Assembly: GCA_964647665.1 (NCBI GenBank) | Contig: CAZYIX010000009.1 | Span: 860 to 64,859, forward strand | DNA length: 64,000 bases | Reading direction: 5' to 3' | Origin: an uncultured Candidatus Poseidoniales archaeon | GTDB taxonomy: Archaea; Thermoplasmatota; Poseidoniia; Poseidoniales; Thalassarchaeaceae | In this document: piece by piece, positions 28,281-37,604 of the stretch | Position numbering within the stretch: position 1 is the stretch's first letter | How the letters are laid out: every line of letters begins with the position of its first letter | The notes under the pieces: model-generated | What the model was told of the DNA's origin: nothing | Database searches by the model: none | The model's input: the letters and a program-made list of their open reading frames with translations, nothing else | Program-made: the position numbers and the translations under genes

Positions 28281-30683
28281 GTGAACTCGGAGACATTGGC
28301 TGTGGGAGTGCTAGATTCGGTCAGAGTTCGTCGCGGCGTCGCTGCGATTCTAATCGCTCCGTTCATCGTATTGCTATTACTATTCATCTTCGACATTTCG
28401 TCTTTTCAATACGTTTGGCTGCACGGTGATTCTGATCTCCCACTCGCATACCGAATCAGTGCACTGTGGGCTGGTCGAGAAGGTCCATTGCTTCTATGGG
28501 TGGCCCTGTTAGGTGGTCTTCTTCTGCTCGATGGTAATCGTCATGATTCCGAGAGTGAAGGGCAGCATCGTATCCGCATTGGTCTGCTGATTGGATTCGC
28601 CGGACTGTTGTTGGCCATCGCGATGTATCTTCAACCATTCAGGGCGACTCCTGATGGGTTCACAGAATGGATGCGGCCAGGACTCAATGCTCTGCTACAG
28701 ACCGACTTGATGGTCATCCACCCGCCGGTTGTCTTCACATTTTACACACTGTGTATTGGAGTCGGTCTGCACGCAGTGACTGCGATGCTGACTCCAACAG
28801 CAGAAGATAACCGATATTCATTGACTGATTTGCGTGACAGAATAATGCATCTTGCAAGACCAGCGCTATTCGCTGGCACTCTTGGAGTGGGGCTAGGTGG
28901 CCTCTGGGCCTACATCGTCCTTGACTGGGGCGGATACTGGGCTTGGGATCCGGTTGAGACCGGTTCTCTGCTCCCATGGTTGGCTTTGGTAATATTGCTC
29001 CATCTGCGCTTACCAAAAGCTACAGCTGCAGCAACTGCGGATTCTGGTCGCTGGGTGATGGCTTTAGGTGTACTTCCGGCATTTTTTGCTATACATGCCA
29101 CCTTGGTTACCCGTGCGAATGGAGTATGGGCCTCAGTCCACGCTTTCGTTACCGACGGTACTGTAGAGCCGGGTATGGGTCCGGTGCAGAGAGTTCTTGC
29201 CATCGGCATTTCTGATGGGGCAGGAGTCGAGGTTCACCTCTACTTGCTATTGCTCGGTGCGATGATGGTAATTCTGCTGCGCACTCTCGCCGGGTCTTTC
29301 AATGCAGAGACAAAAATCGCAGTAACTTGGGGAATACCAGTCGGTGCGCTGATACTCGGTGCCATGTGCGGATTACTGCTTGACTCTGTTGAGGTAGGAT
29401 TGCTAACCGGTGCCTTCGGCTATTTGCTCTGGTGCAGGCGAGAGGATGGCGAGCGGTGGGTGTGGATTGTTGCTGGTGTTGCATTGATGCTATTCGCGTC
29501 GTGGGCGTTCCTACTGTCGCGTACCTATGCGATTATTGGCATGATTCTGTTTTTGCTGCCATGGATGCTGCAACGTGAAGATGCAAGTGAAGAATTGAGT
29601 GCCGGAATCGGACTGTCGTCAATGTGGCATCGAATAAAACAAGGAAAGACTCAGGTTAGTTTGGCAATTTGGGCTCCACTTGCAGTTGGAGGGCCATTCT
29701 TACTACTGACTTGGCTGCTATTGCTCGCTGAGGTTGATGGGGCTAGCCTCGCTTGGCACGAGTTGTACGGCACCCCTCTCCTAGCGTTGGTTGGTGTGGC
29801 ATTGACCGTGTATTCTTGGCGCAAGGTACTGCCTTCTGAGTGGGTGCCGTGGGTACTAATCGGCGTGTTTTGCACATCGTTGCTGATTGCTGTTTTTGCT
29901 GGAGAAAAATTGCCGGGAGATTCAGACCACCAATTCACTGACAGCATCACACGTGGGGCTCTGGCCGGCTTTGTGTTACCATTCCTCATTCTCTCTTTGC
30001 CTGCGATGGCTCATCTGGTTTGGACGCGGCTGCGCGCGTGGGGGCGCGCACGCGAGGGCAGCACATCGCGGAAGGGGAATCGTCGCAAGGCGGAATTGGC
30101 TCGACTGCGGGCATCCTCGATGCACATTGCACATTTAGGAATCCTGTTGCTTCTCATTGGCCATGTCTACACCACCACACTGGTCGAGCGAGGTCACCCG
30201 AGCCACGTTGTGATGCTCCCGAAAGACACACCAATCGAGTATGCTGGATACACTTGGACTTACACCGATATCAGCACAACCGCTCCAGGAAGTGATGACT
30301 GGGATTACGCGGTTGGCGATGGGGCATTGATTACCACTATCGAGGTGGTTGGCCGGAATTCTGAAACCACCTTGCAACCGGGTGTGTTAAGATTTGATTC
30401 CGGTTCAATTCCTGCAAGGTCAGAGACGGATATCTGGCATCGCTGGAATGGCGATTTGATTGTGATTTTTGACTATCAGCAGGCAACTGGGGCAGATTTC
30501 GCTGAGTTCATGTCAGGTGATGGAGAAGTGGAGAAGATTCGAGTCACCATCTATGACCTGCGTGGCAGCCACATGGTTTGGGTCGGATGGGTATTGATTC
30601 TAATTGGCTCGTGCCTGAACTGGGTTCTCACACCGAAGGCAAAAGCCAGAGATGCCAAGGCTTCAACAATCGAAGAGGAGTGA
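28281..30683 (+). CDS. CcmF/CcsA-like cytochrome c-type biogenesis protein (WWD-domain heme handling membrane protein)
   Basis: 'GGYWAWDPVETGSLLPWLALVILLHL' WWD signature; more than 12 TM helices; conserved His in flanking TMs. Confidence 0.65.
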   Translation: MNSETLAVGVLDSVRVRRGVAAILIAPFIVLLLLFIFDISSFQYVWLHGDSDLPLAYRISALWAGREGPLLLWVALLGGLLLLDGNRHDSESEGQHRIRIGLLIGFAGLLLAIAMYLQPFRATPDGFTEWMRPGLNALLQTDLMVIHPPVVFTFYTLCIGVGLHAVTAMLTPTAEDNRYSLTDLRDRIMHLARPALFAGTLGVGLGGLWAYIVLDWGGYWAWDPVETGSLLPWLALVILLHLRLPKATAAATADSGRWVMALGVLPAFFAIHATLVTRANGVWASVHAFVTDGTVEPGMGPVQRVLAIGISDGAGVEVHLYLLLLGAMMVILLRTLAGSFNAETKIAVTWGIPVGALILGAMCGLLLDSVEVGLLTGAFGYLLWCRREDGERWVWIVAGVALMLFASWAFLLSRTYAIIGMILFLLPWMLQREDASEELSAGIGLSSMWHRIKQGKTQVSLAIWAPLAVGGPFLLLTWLLLLAEVDGASLAWHELYGTPLLALVGVALTVYSWRKVLPSEWVPWVLIGVFCTSLLIAVFAGEKLPGDSDHQFTDSITRGALAGFVLPFLILSLPAMAHLVWTRLRAWGRAREGSTSRKGNRRKAELARLRASSMHIAHLGILLLLIGHVYTTTLVERGHPSHVVMLPKDTPIEYAGYTWTYTDISTTAPGSDDWDYAVGDGALITTIEVVGRNSETTLQPGVLRFDSGSIPARSETDIWHRWNGDLIVIFDYQQATGADFAEFMSGDGEVEKIRVTIYDLRGSHMVWVGWVLILIGSCLNWVLTPKAKARDAKASTIEEE

Positions 30684-30746
30684 AATCAACACCGAATTGG
30701 CCACAGTGGTAGCCGCACCGCTGATAAAGGGGGAGTCGGTCGGCGG

Positions 30747-30766
30747 CTCGCCCCAAAGGGGCGGAG
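30747..30766 (+). other. hairpin tcgcccc-aaa-ggggcgg immediately 5' of the FKBP start codons
   Basis: 7-bp stem with 3-nt loop read directly; its 3' arm overlaps the SD-like 'ggag'. Confidence 0.45.
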
Positions 30767-30772
30767 ATGGTC

Positions 30773-31471
30773 ATGATGGAATCTGGCTCAATAATCCATA
30801 TCGATTACAACTTGTTCAATGTAGATAGCGACGAACTCATCGAGACGACCAGAGAAGAGGTCGCTAAGGAGCACGATGCGTACGATGAAAACCGTACATA
30901 CCAGCCGTTGGTGACAGTAGTTGGCGACGGTCGGCTGATTGCTGGTTTTGAGACACATCTTGAGAGTGCTGATGCAGATACCGACTACGAATTCGACATC
31001 CCGCCTGAGGATGCATACGGCGAACGTGACCCAAACTCAATCGAAACCATCGGGCAAGATGTATTGTTCCGCAGTGTGCGTGACCCGGACAGTCTGGCAG
31101 TCGGTGGACCGGTGGAAATTGCTGGTAAGACCGGTGTCCTGAAGATGCTCCGCGCGGGTCGCGCTCGTATCGACTACAACCACCCGCTCGCCGGTAGAAC
31201 TCTACGCTACGATTATCGCATTGTCAAGGTCATTGAGGACCGTGAAGAGAAGGTGTTGACTCTGCTTGAGACCAATGCCGGTCGTGACGGTTTTGAAATT
31301 GAGTTTGATGGCGACGACCTGACTATCGACTTGCCTGAATTCGTCTCTTATGACCAGAACTGGGCCTACACCAAATTCAGCATCATTAGCTCTTTGCGCG
31401 ACAATGTCGGTGCGCAGACCATCGTTTTGCGCGAGGTACACGAACCCCGCGAAATCGGCGAAGAGGAATGA
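30773..31471 (+). CDS. FKBP-type peptidyl-prolyl cis-trans isomerase (long archaeal type with insert domain)
   Basis: 'GSIIHIDYNLFNV...PLVTVVGDGRLIAGFE...IDYNHPLAGRTLRYDYRIVKV' FKBP signature; ends EIGEEE. Confidence 0.75.
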   Translation: MMESGSIIHIDYNLFNVDSDELIETTREEVAKEHDAYDENRTYQPLVTVVGDGRLIAGFETHLESADADTDYEFDIPPEDAYGERDPNSIETIGQDVLFRSVRDPDSLAVGGPVEIAGKTGVLKMLRAGRARIDYNHPLAGRTLRYDYRIVKVIEDREEKVLTLLETNAGRDGFEIEFDGDDLTIDLPEFVSYDQNWAYTKFSIISSLRDNVGAQTIVLREVHEPREIGEEE

Positions 31472-31530
31472 GTGGCAGCCTCCGGGCGCACACGGAAACC
31501 GCTTAACCCGAATCCCACACCGTCGGGGCG

Positions 31531-32880
31531 ATGAGCAGCGATGATGCCGGGCCCGAGTTGACGGAAACTCCGATTCCAGATTCCATACTGAGTCCGGGTG
31601 AGCGTTACGCTACCCTGTTCTTGCTCGCAATTGCTGGAGTCACCCTAGCGGCAATGATAGGTACGGAGGTAGCACCAGGCAATGCACTGTCTGAGACCCT
31701 TCAGACTTACTTCATCGACCCTGTGACAATCGATTCAACAGGTGATTCAGGGTACAATATCGTCGATACTATCGTCTATTCTGTCACTTTGGTAACCTTT
31801 GTCGTGGTGCTCTCCGCATGGTTGAGGCGCTCAGGCATTCCTGCATCCGATCGAGCTCTGCTCGCGTTGCTACCGTGGGTGGTCTGGGCTGCCTTCGGAG
31901 AAGTCAACGAGGATGCACAACTGTTCCGAACGGGCATCTCACAGATGTTCATCTCGCCGCTGATTCATTTCCACGTGGCCTTTTGGGTCATCTTGACTGG
32001 CATTCTCTGTCGTAAGGCCGGTATGGCTGCTGACCAAGATGCTGCGCGGTCGGCTGTTACTCGGGTGTCGGTATCACTGGTTGTGGTTCAGGCTGCCATT
32101 TTCCTGCCACAATTCATTGACGATTGGACTTTGACTCTAACCTCGCCACTACTGTGGATGCCCTTGGTTGGTCTTGGGCTTGTGTTCGCATTGCAACCAT
32201 TGCTTGCTTGTCGCCACACGCCGATGGAGCAAGGCCTTGTTCAGACAGGAATTGGTGGGGTTGCTATCCATGCAGCGGCTTGGCTGAATTTCATGTGTGA
32301 CCCGCTGGTTGATGGAAATAGAATACTGGCTGAGCCGGTTGGATTCACGCCGGTAGTGGTAGTTGTCGGAGTTCCTTTGCTCGTCTGTATTATTCTGTAT
32401 CGTATCGGCCGTGGAGCCGCTGAGGAACTGCATCATATCGGGCTTGAGCCCGGGATAATTCCACGAGGAATAACTCTCGACGATTGGGACCGCCAGCACT
32501 CCTCGACACATCAGCGAATGGAGGCTCTAACACCGCGCGCGCTGCTCGCTTCATCAGTCATCCTCGCAGCAATTTTCGGTCAGATTGCTGATGGGTTGGC
32601 AACTTGGCTTGGCATCGATGTCTATGCGCTGTACGAGGAGAAACACGTGTTGTCTAATCTCATTATTCAGTGGGGTGGTGGCGACATAAGTGGCACCGGA
32701 GGGGCTTGGCTTTTCTTGGCGGTCAAAGTTTGCCTAGCAGCACTGGTGTGGGCCCTTTTTGCTATGGCACGATTTGAGGTTCGGCATCGTCATCTTCGCC
32801 AGTTGATTATTCTCTGTATTCTTGCGGTGGGGCTTGCCCCCGGATTGCGTGATGTGCTGCGTCTATCCATTGGTGTTTGA
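31531..32880 (+). CDS. polytopic integral membrane protein, function unknown (possibly archaeal DUF63-like)
   Basis: 10 or more hydrophobic segments; 'GIDVYALYEEKHVLSNLIIQWGGG' motif; no enzymatic signature recognised. Confidence 0.4.
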   Translation: MSSDDAGPELTETPIPDSILSPGERYATLFLLAIAGVTLAAMIGTEVAPGNALSETLQTYFIDPVTIDSTGDSGYNIVDTIVYSVTLVTFVVVLSAWLRRSGIPASDRALLALLPWVVWAAFGEVNEDAQLFRTGISQMFISPLIHFHVAFWVILTGILCRKAGMAADQDAARSAVTRVSVSLVVVQAAIFLPQFIDDWTLTLTSPLLWMPLVGLGLVFALQPLLACRHTPMEQGLVQTGIGGVAIHAAAWLNFMCDPLVDGNRILAEPVGFTPVVVVVGVPLLVCIILYRIGRGAAEELHHIGLEPGIIPRGITLDDWDRQHSSTHQRMEALTPRALLASSVILAAIFGQIADGLATWLGIDVYALYEEKHVLSNLIIQWGGGDISGTGGAWLFLAVKVCLAALVWALFAMARFEVRHRHLRQLIILCILAVGLAPGLRDVLRLSIGV

Positions 32881-32941
32881 GGTTCGGTTGTCACAACCTT
32901 GTGTTTGCTGCCGAGGGAGCGTTGAAGGACGTGTAGGCATT

Positions 32942-32964
32942 CCGCACCCCTAAGGGGGGTGCGG
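32942..32964 (+). other. hairpin ccgcacccc-taagg-ggggtgcgg ending 1 nt before the ATG of the carboxyltransferase gene
   Basis: 9-bp perfect stem read directly; the alternative GTG start at 32959 lies inside the stem. Confidence 0.5.
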
Positions 32965-34575
32965 ATGGACAGAATATCTAGCAGTATCAACCCGAAGGAT
33001 ACCAACTTCGCAGCCAGCCGTGAGCACAATGAAAAGTTGATTGAGGAATTGCGCGAAAGCATCGAGAAAGTCAAGGAAGGCGGCGGCGAAAAATACGTCG
33101 ACAACCATCGTGATAGGGGTAAGACTCTGGCCCGGGAGCGGATTTCTACAATCTGCGACCCCGGCACACCATTCCTCGAATTGTCTCCGCTTGCGGCTTG
33201 GGAGATGTACGATGGCAAAGCCGCCTCGGCTGGCATAGTGACCGGCATTGGTGTGGTGCACGGTAAGGAGTGCCTATTCGTTGCCAACGATGCTACGGTC
33301 AAGGGCGGCAGTTACTATCCAATCACCGTCAAAAAGCACATCCGAGCTCAGGAGGTTGCAAACTTCAATCACCTCCCCTGCATATATCTGGTTGATTCCG
33401 GTGGTGCTTTCCTACCGATGCAGGACGAGGTATTCCCCGACAAGGGACACTTTGGACGCATCTTCCGCAATCAAGCAGTGCTATCTGGCAAAGGAATACC
33501 ACAGATCGCTGCAGTTCTTGGCTCTTGTACTGCTGGTGGAGCATATGTGCCAGCGATGTCTGATGAATCGATTATCGTCAAGGGGAATGGCACAATCTTC
33601 CTCGCTGGACCACCTTTGGTGAAGGCCGCTACCGGAGAGGAAGTTACCGCTGAGGAATTGGGTGGAGCGGACTTGCACGCTTCGGAATCTGGAGTGGCCG
33701 ACCATTTTGCTGATGACGAGCCCACCGCCCTCAAGATGGTTCGTGATGCAGTTGAGAATATCAACGCTGCAAACAAGACCCGACTCGATGTGCAGCCGCC
33801 GGAGGAACCGGCTCACGATGTAGACGACTTGCTAGGCATCATCCCACAGGATAATCGAACTCCCTACGATGTTAGAGAAGTGATTGCAAGGGTGGTAGAT
33901 GGCTCGCGGTTCCACGAATTCAAGGCTAGGTACGGGAACACACTGGTCTGTGGGTTCGCTCGCATCCACGGCTATCCGGTAGGTATCGTAGCCAACAACG
34001 GCATTCTTTTCTCTGAGTCTTCGTTGAAAGGTACTCACTTCGTGGAGTTGTGCGGTCAGCGGGGTATTCCACTAGTATTCCTGCAGAACATCACCGGCTT
34101 CATGGTCGGACGCAAGTACGAAGCCGGTGGAATTGCCAAAGACGGGGCGAAGTTGGTTACCGCTGTTTCATGTGTGCCAGTTCCGAAGTTCACCGTCATC
34201 ATCGGTGGGAGCCACGGAGCGGGTAACTACGGCATGTGTGGTAGAGCCTATGACCCACGATTCCTATTCATGTGGCCCAATGCCCGTATTTCTGTGATGG
34301 GTGGGCCACAGGCTGCTGATGTGCTCGCAACCGTCAAGCAGGACCAACGGACCCGTGAGGGTAAGGAGCCGATGACCGAAGATGAGGTTGAGGAATTCAG
34401 AGCACCAATTCTGGAGAAGTATGAGCGAGAAGGGTCTCCATACTACTCGACCGCTCGTTTGTGGGATGATGGCATCATAGACCCCAGAGATACCAGAGAT
34501 GTGCTGGGATTGGCCATCTCAGCCAGTTTGAATGCCCCGATGCCAGATACAGATTACGGAATATTCAGAATGTGA
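32965..34575 (+). CDS. acyl-CoA carboxylase carboxyltransferase (beta) subunit, methylcrotonyl-CoA carboxylase beta-like
   Basis: N-terminal '[46 protein letters not shown]' resembles MCC beta more than PCC beta; two crotonase-fold CT domains; about 535 aa. Confidence 0.8.
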   Translation: MDRISSSINPKDTNFAASREHNEKLIEELRESIEKVKEGGGEKYVDNHRDRGKTLARERISTICDPGTPFLELSPLAAWEMYDGKAASAGIVTGIGVVHGKECLFVANDATVKGGSYYPITVKKHIRAQEVANFNHLPCIYLVDSGGAFLPMQDEVFPDKGHFGRIFRNQAVLSGKGIPQIAAVLGSCTAGGAYVPAMSDESIIVKGNGTIFLAGPPLVKAATGEEVTAEELGGADLHASESGVADHFADDEPTALKMVRDAVENINAANKTRLDVQPPEEPAHDVDDLLGIIPQDNRTPYDVREVIARVVDGSRFHEFKARYGNTLVCGFARIHGYPVGIVANNGILFSESSLKGTHFVELCGQRGIPLVFLQNITGFMVGRKYEAGGIAKDGAKLVTAVSCVPVPKFTVIIGGSHGAGNYGMCGRAYDPRFLFMWPNARISVMGGPQAADVLATVKQDQRTREGKEPMTEDEVEEFRAPILEKYEREGSPYYSTARLWDDGIIDPRDTRDVLGLAISASLNAPMPDTDYGIFRM

Positions 34576-34589
34576 AAGGAGCAATTGAA

Positions 34590-35468
34590 ATGTCGAAAAC
34601 TGCAATTGGAGATTCAAAGCCAGAAACCGACCTGTGTCGGCTAGATATCGATGGACCTGTAGCGAGAATAACCATGACTCGTCCAGATGTGTACAATGCC
34701 CTCAATGTTCAATTGATATCTGAGTTGATTCAATTGCTAGATTGGACTGCAGCACGCTCGGTCGGTACCACAGGCAGCCTGACCGATGCGGATGCAGCTG
34801 AGTTGCTGCGTGTCATCGTGTTGAGCGGCGAGGGTAAGCACTTCTGCGCTGGCGCGGACATCAACATGATGCGCGATGCTGGGGCACAGAGCGCTGAGGA
34901 GAATCGTGCTGATTCAGCAAGGCTAGACTGTCTGTTCAACGGACTTTGGTCTCACCCATGCTTCACCATCACCACTGTGAATGGAGTCGCCCTTGGCGGT
35001 GGTGCTGGACTGATTGCTTGCTCCGACCATGTCATCGCTACTAGCGGTGGAGACAACCCTGCTAGCATCGCTCTCTCCGAAGCAAAATTAGGAATTCTAC
35101 CAGCGGTGATTGGGCCCTATGTGTATAGGAGAGTTGGCAGTGCTCAGTTCCGACGTATTGCGATGTTGGCTGGTAGATTCGATGCAGTTGAGGCACTGAA
35201 CATTGGGATGATTGACCAGATTGCTGAGACAAGTTATCAGATTCCTGAACTTACTAATGCAGCGATTGAAACCGTGCTGACAACCGGTCCGATGGCGGTA
35301 TCAGAAGCGAAGAAACTCACCCTTGCTTTCGACCGTTGGACCGGTAGCGATGAAGAACTCAGACAATGGACTCTTGACAAGACCAGCGAAATGCGAGGTT
35401 CTGCAGAAGGGCAAGAGGGGCTCGCCGCATTCCTTGACAAGCGGCCACCGGCCTGGAAGAAGGAATAG
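34590..35468 (+). CDS. enoyl-CoA hydratase/isomerase (crotonase) family, methylglutaconyl-CoA hydratase-like
   Basis: 'FCAGADINMM' oxyanion-hole region, 'GVALGGGAGLIACSDHVIA'; 'aaggag' SD 7 nt before ATG 34590; stop of the upstream gene overlaps. Confidence 0.75.
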   Translation: MSKTAIGDSKPETDLCRLDIDGPVARITMTRPDVYNALNVQLISELIQLLDWTAARSVGTTGSLTDADAAELLRVIVLSGEGKHFCAGADINMMRDAGAQSAEENRADSARLDCLFNGLWSHPCFTITTVNGVALGGGAGLIACSDHVIATSGGDNPASIALSEAKLGILPAVIGPYVYRRVGSAQFRRIAMLAGRFDAVEALNIGMIDQIAETSYQIPELTNAAIETVLTTGPMAVSEAKKLTLAFDRWTGSDEELRQWTLDKTSEMRGSAEGQEGLAAFLDKRPPAWKKE

Positions 35469-35477
35469 GTGAACATC

Positions 35478-37064
35478 ATGGCACCGTCCGGACCCGAGTG
35501 GATGGATGGTGCACAGCGACCCATCACCAAGGTACTCGTTGCCAATAGAGGTGAAATTGCCTGTCGGGTTTTCCGAGCTTGCCGTGAATATGGTATCGCT
35601 TCGGTAGCGGTATATTCAGACGCTGATGATGGCGCAATGCATGTTGAAATGGCCGGTGAATCAGTGCTTTTGGAGGGTGAGAGTCTTGTTGAGACCTACC
35701 TCAATTCTGAGGCTATTCTAGCCGCTGCTAAATCTACTGGAGCCGATGCAATCCATCCCGGCTACGGTTTTCTCTCCGAGCGTGCAACCTTTGCATCTGA
35801 GGTGAATGATGCGGGTCTGATTTGGATTGGTCCGAGCGCTAGTGCAATCGAGCAGATGGGTGACAAAATCACCGCGCGCAGAGAAATGGCCAGTGCTGGC
35901 GTCCCGATCATCCCCGGTGAGGAATTGCAGTTGAAGGAACAGCATTCTGACATGGTGGATGACTTAGTCCGAGCCGCAACTCGTACCGGCTATCCACTAC
36001 TGCTGAAGGCGAGTGCTGGTGGAGGTGGTAAGGGAATGCGGGTTGTGCATGAGCCGCGCTACCTGCAACAGGAATTCGAAGCGGCGAGCCGTGAGGCAGC
36101 AGCCGCTTTCGGGGATGGCACAGTCTATGTCGAGCGACTTCTTGAGAAATCCCGCCACATCGAGTTTCAGATTCTATGCGACACTCACGGCAATGCATTG
36201 CATGTATTCGAGAGGGAATGCAGCATTCAGCGTCGTCATCAGAAAGTGATTGAGGAGGCGCCGAGTCCAGCGATGAACGACGAGTTGCGAGAAGCGATGG
36301 GTAGTGCTGCCGTTGCTGCTGCCAAAGCGGTTGATTACGAAGGCGCGGGTACAGTGGAGTTCCTTCTCGCTGAAGATGGTTCATTCCATTTCCTTGAGAT
36401 GAATACCAGATTGCAAGTTGAGCATCCAATCTCTGAATGCATCAGCGGTCTTGACTTGGTAGAGCAACAAATCCGTGTAGCCGCCGGGTTGCCACTATCA
36501 TTCTCTCAAGAAGACCTGACCATTCGAGGACACGCCATTGAAGCGCGAATCTACGCGGAGGATCCGGCCAACAGTTTTCTTCCTGCAACCGGACCTCTGG
36601 CGATGTTCCGGCCACCTGAGGGGCCCGGAATCAGGCTTGATACAGGTGTGAGGGAAGGCGATGAGGCGAGTATTGACTTCGACCCGATGCTGGCGAAACT
36701 TGTTGTCCATGCAGCGGACAGACCCGCAGCTATTCGCCGTATGAGGCGGGCGCTACAGGATTTCGTGCTGCTCGGTGCTACTACGAATATCGGCTTCCTA
36801 GTCGATGTACTGTCAAAGGACTCGTTCTCAGCAGGTGAGACCACCACCGATTTCATTGAGGTCAATTTCCCGGACGGTTGGCATCCGGGCTGCCTTGATT
36901 CGGATGATGGTGAGGGCATGGCAATGCACGCAGCCCTCGCTGCTGGCGGAGCTGAGCATCTTGGCTTGCATAGGAGAGTATCAGTCAATGCGCCGGTCGA
37001 TGGAGAAGGTGGCCGAGGAAGTCCGTACAATCCCTTCCTGTCGTTGCGGAGGAATTTTCCCTGA
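35478..37064 (+). CDS. biotin carboxylase (ATP-grasp) subunit of acyl-CoA carboxylase, no fused BCCP
   Basis: 'ITKVLVANRGEIACRVFRACREYGI', 'GYPLLLKASAGGGGKGMRVV', 'EMNTRLQVEHP' motifs. Confidence 0.88.
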   Translation: MAPSGPEWMDGAQRPITKVLVANRGEIACRVFRACREYGIASVAVYSDADDGAMHVEMAGESVLLEGESLVETYLNSEAILAAAKSTGADAIHPGYGFLSERATFASEVNDAGLIWIGPSASAIEQMGDKITARREMASAGVPIIPGEELQLKEQHSDMVDDLVRAATRTGYPLLLKASAGGGGKGMRVVHEPRYLQQEFEAASREAAAAFGDGTVYVERLLEKSRHIEFQILCDTHGNALHVFERECSIQRRHQKVIEEAPSPAMNDELREAMGSAAVAAAKAVDYEGAGTVEFLLAEDGSFHFLEMNTRLQVEHPISECISGLDLVEQQIRVAAGLPLSFSQEDLTIRGHAIEARIYAEDPANSFLPATGPLAMFRPPEGPGIRLDTGVREGDEASIDFDPMLAKLVVHAADRPAAIRRMRRALQDFVLLGATTNIGFLVDVLSKDSFSAGETTTDFIEVNFPDGWHPGCLDSDDGEGMAMHAALAAGGAEHLGLHRRVSVNAPVDGEGGRGSPYNPFLSLRRNFP

Positions 37065-37067
37065 GGT

Positions 37068-37583
37068 GTGACAATGGTTGATTTGGTTGATAGAAACGGG
37101 CGGCGATGGAATGTTGCCTACACCAGCGGTGCAGAGGTATCTCTCTCTACTATCAGCCATGATGATGAAGTGATCGAAATCGCTGAGGTGCTGATTAACG
37201 CCGATGAGCGACCTCAGCGGGCTTGGCTCACTATCGATGGAGTCAGTAGACTCGCACATTGTGTCAAGTTGGGTGATGATTGGTGGGTGCATCTGGATGG
37301 CGCCATCCACGTACTTTCTGTAAGTGAGGTTGGGGCGAGCAGCGCTGATACCGGTGGTGGACTAACCGCTCCTATGCCCGGCAAGGTGTTGGAAGTGTTA
37401 GTAGAGGAAGGCCGTCGAGTGAAAGCCGGTCAAGAACTCATCGTATTGGAGGCGATGAAGATGGAACACCGTATTTCAGCAGCAGAACCGGGCCTTGTTG
37501 AGAGCGTCAACTTCCAAGCCGGTGAGCAGGTCGAAGCAGGTGATGTTCTCATCGAGATTGAATCCGACGAAGAATTAGAGTAA
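37068..37583 (+). CDS. biotin carboxyl carrier protein (biotinyl domain)
   Basis: 'ELIVLEAMKMEHRISAAEPGLV' with the AMKM biotin-attachment lysine motif. Confidence 0.85.
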   Translation: MTMVDLVDRNGRRWNVAYTSGAEVSLSTISHDDEVIEIAEVLINADERPQRAWLTIDGVSRLAHCVKLGDDWWVHLDGAIHVLSVSEVGASSADTGGGLTAPMPGKVLEVLVEEGRRVKAGQELIVLEAMKMEHRISAAEPGLVESVNFQAGEQVEAGDVLIEIESDEELE

Positions 37584-37604
37584 TTTTTCAATTGGAAATT
37601 CAAT

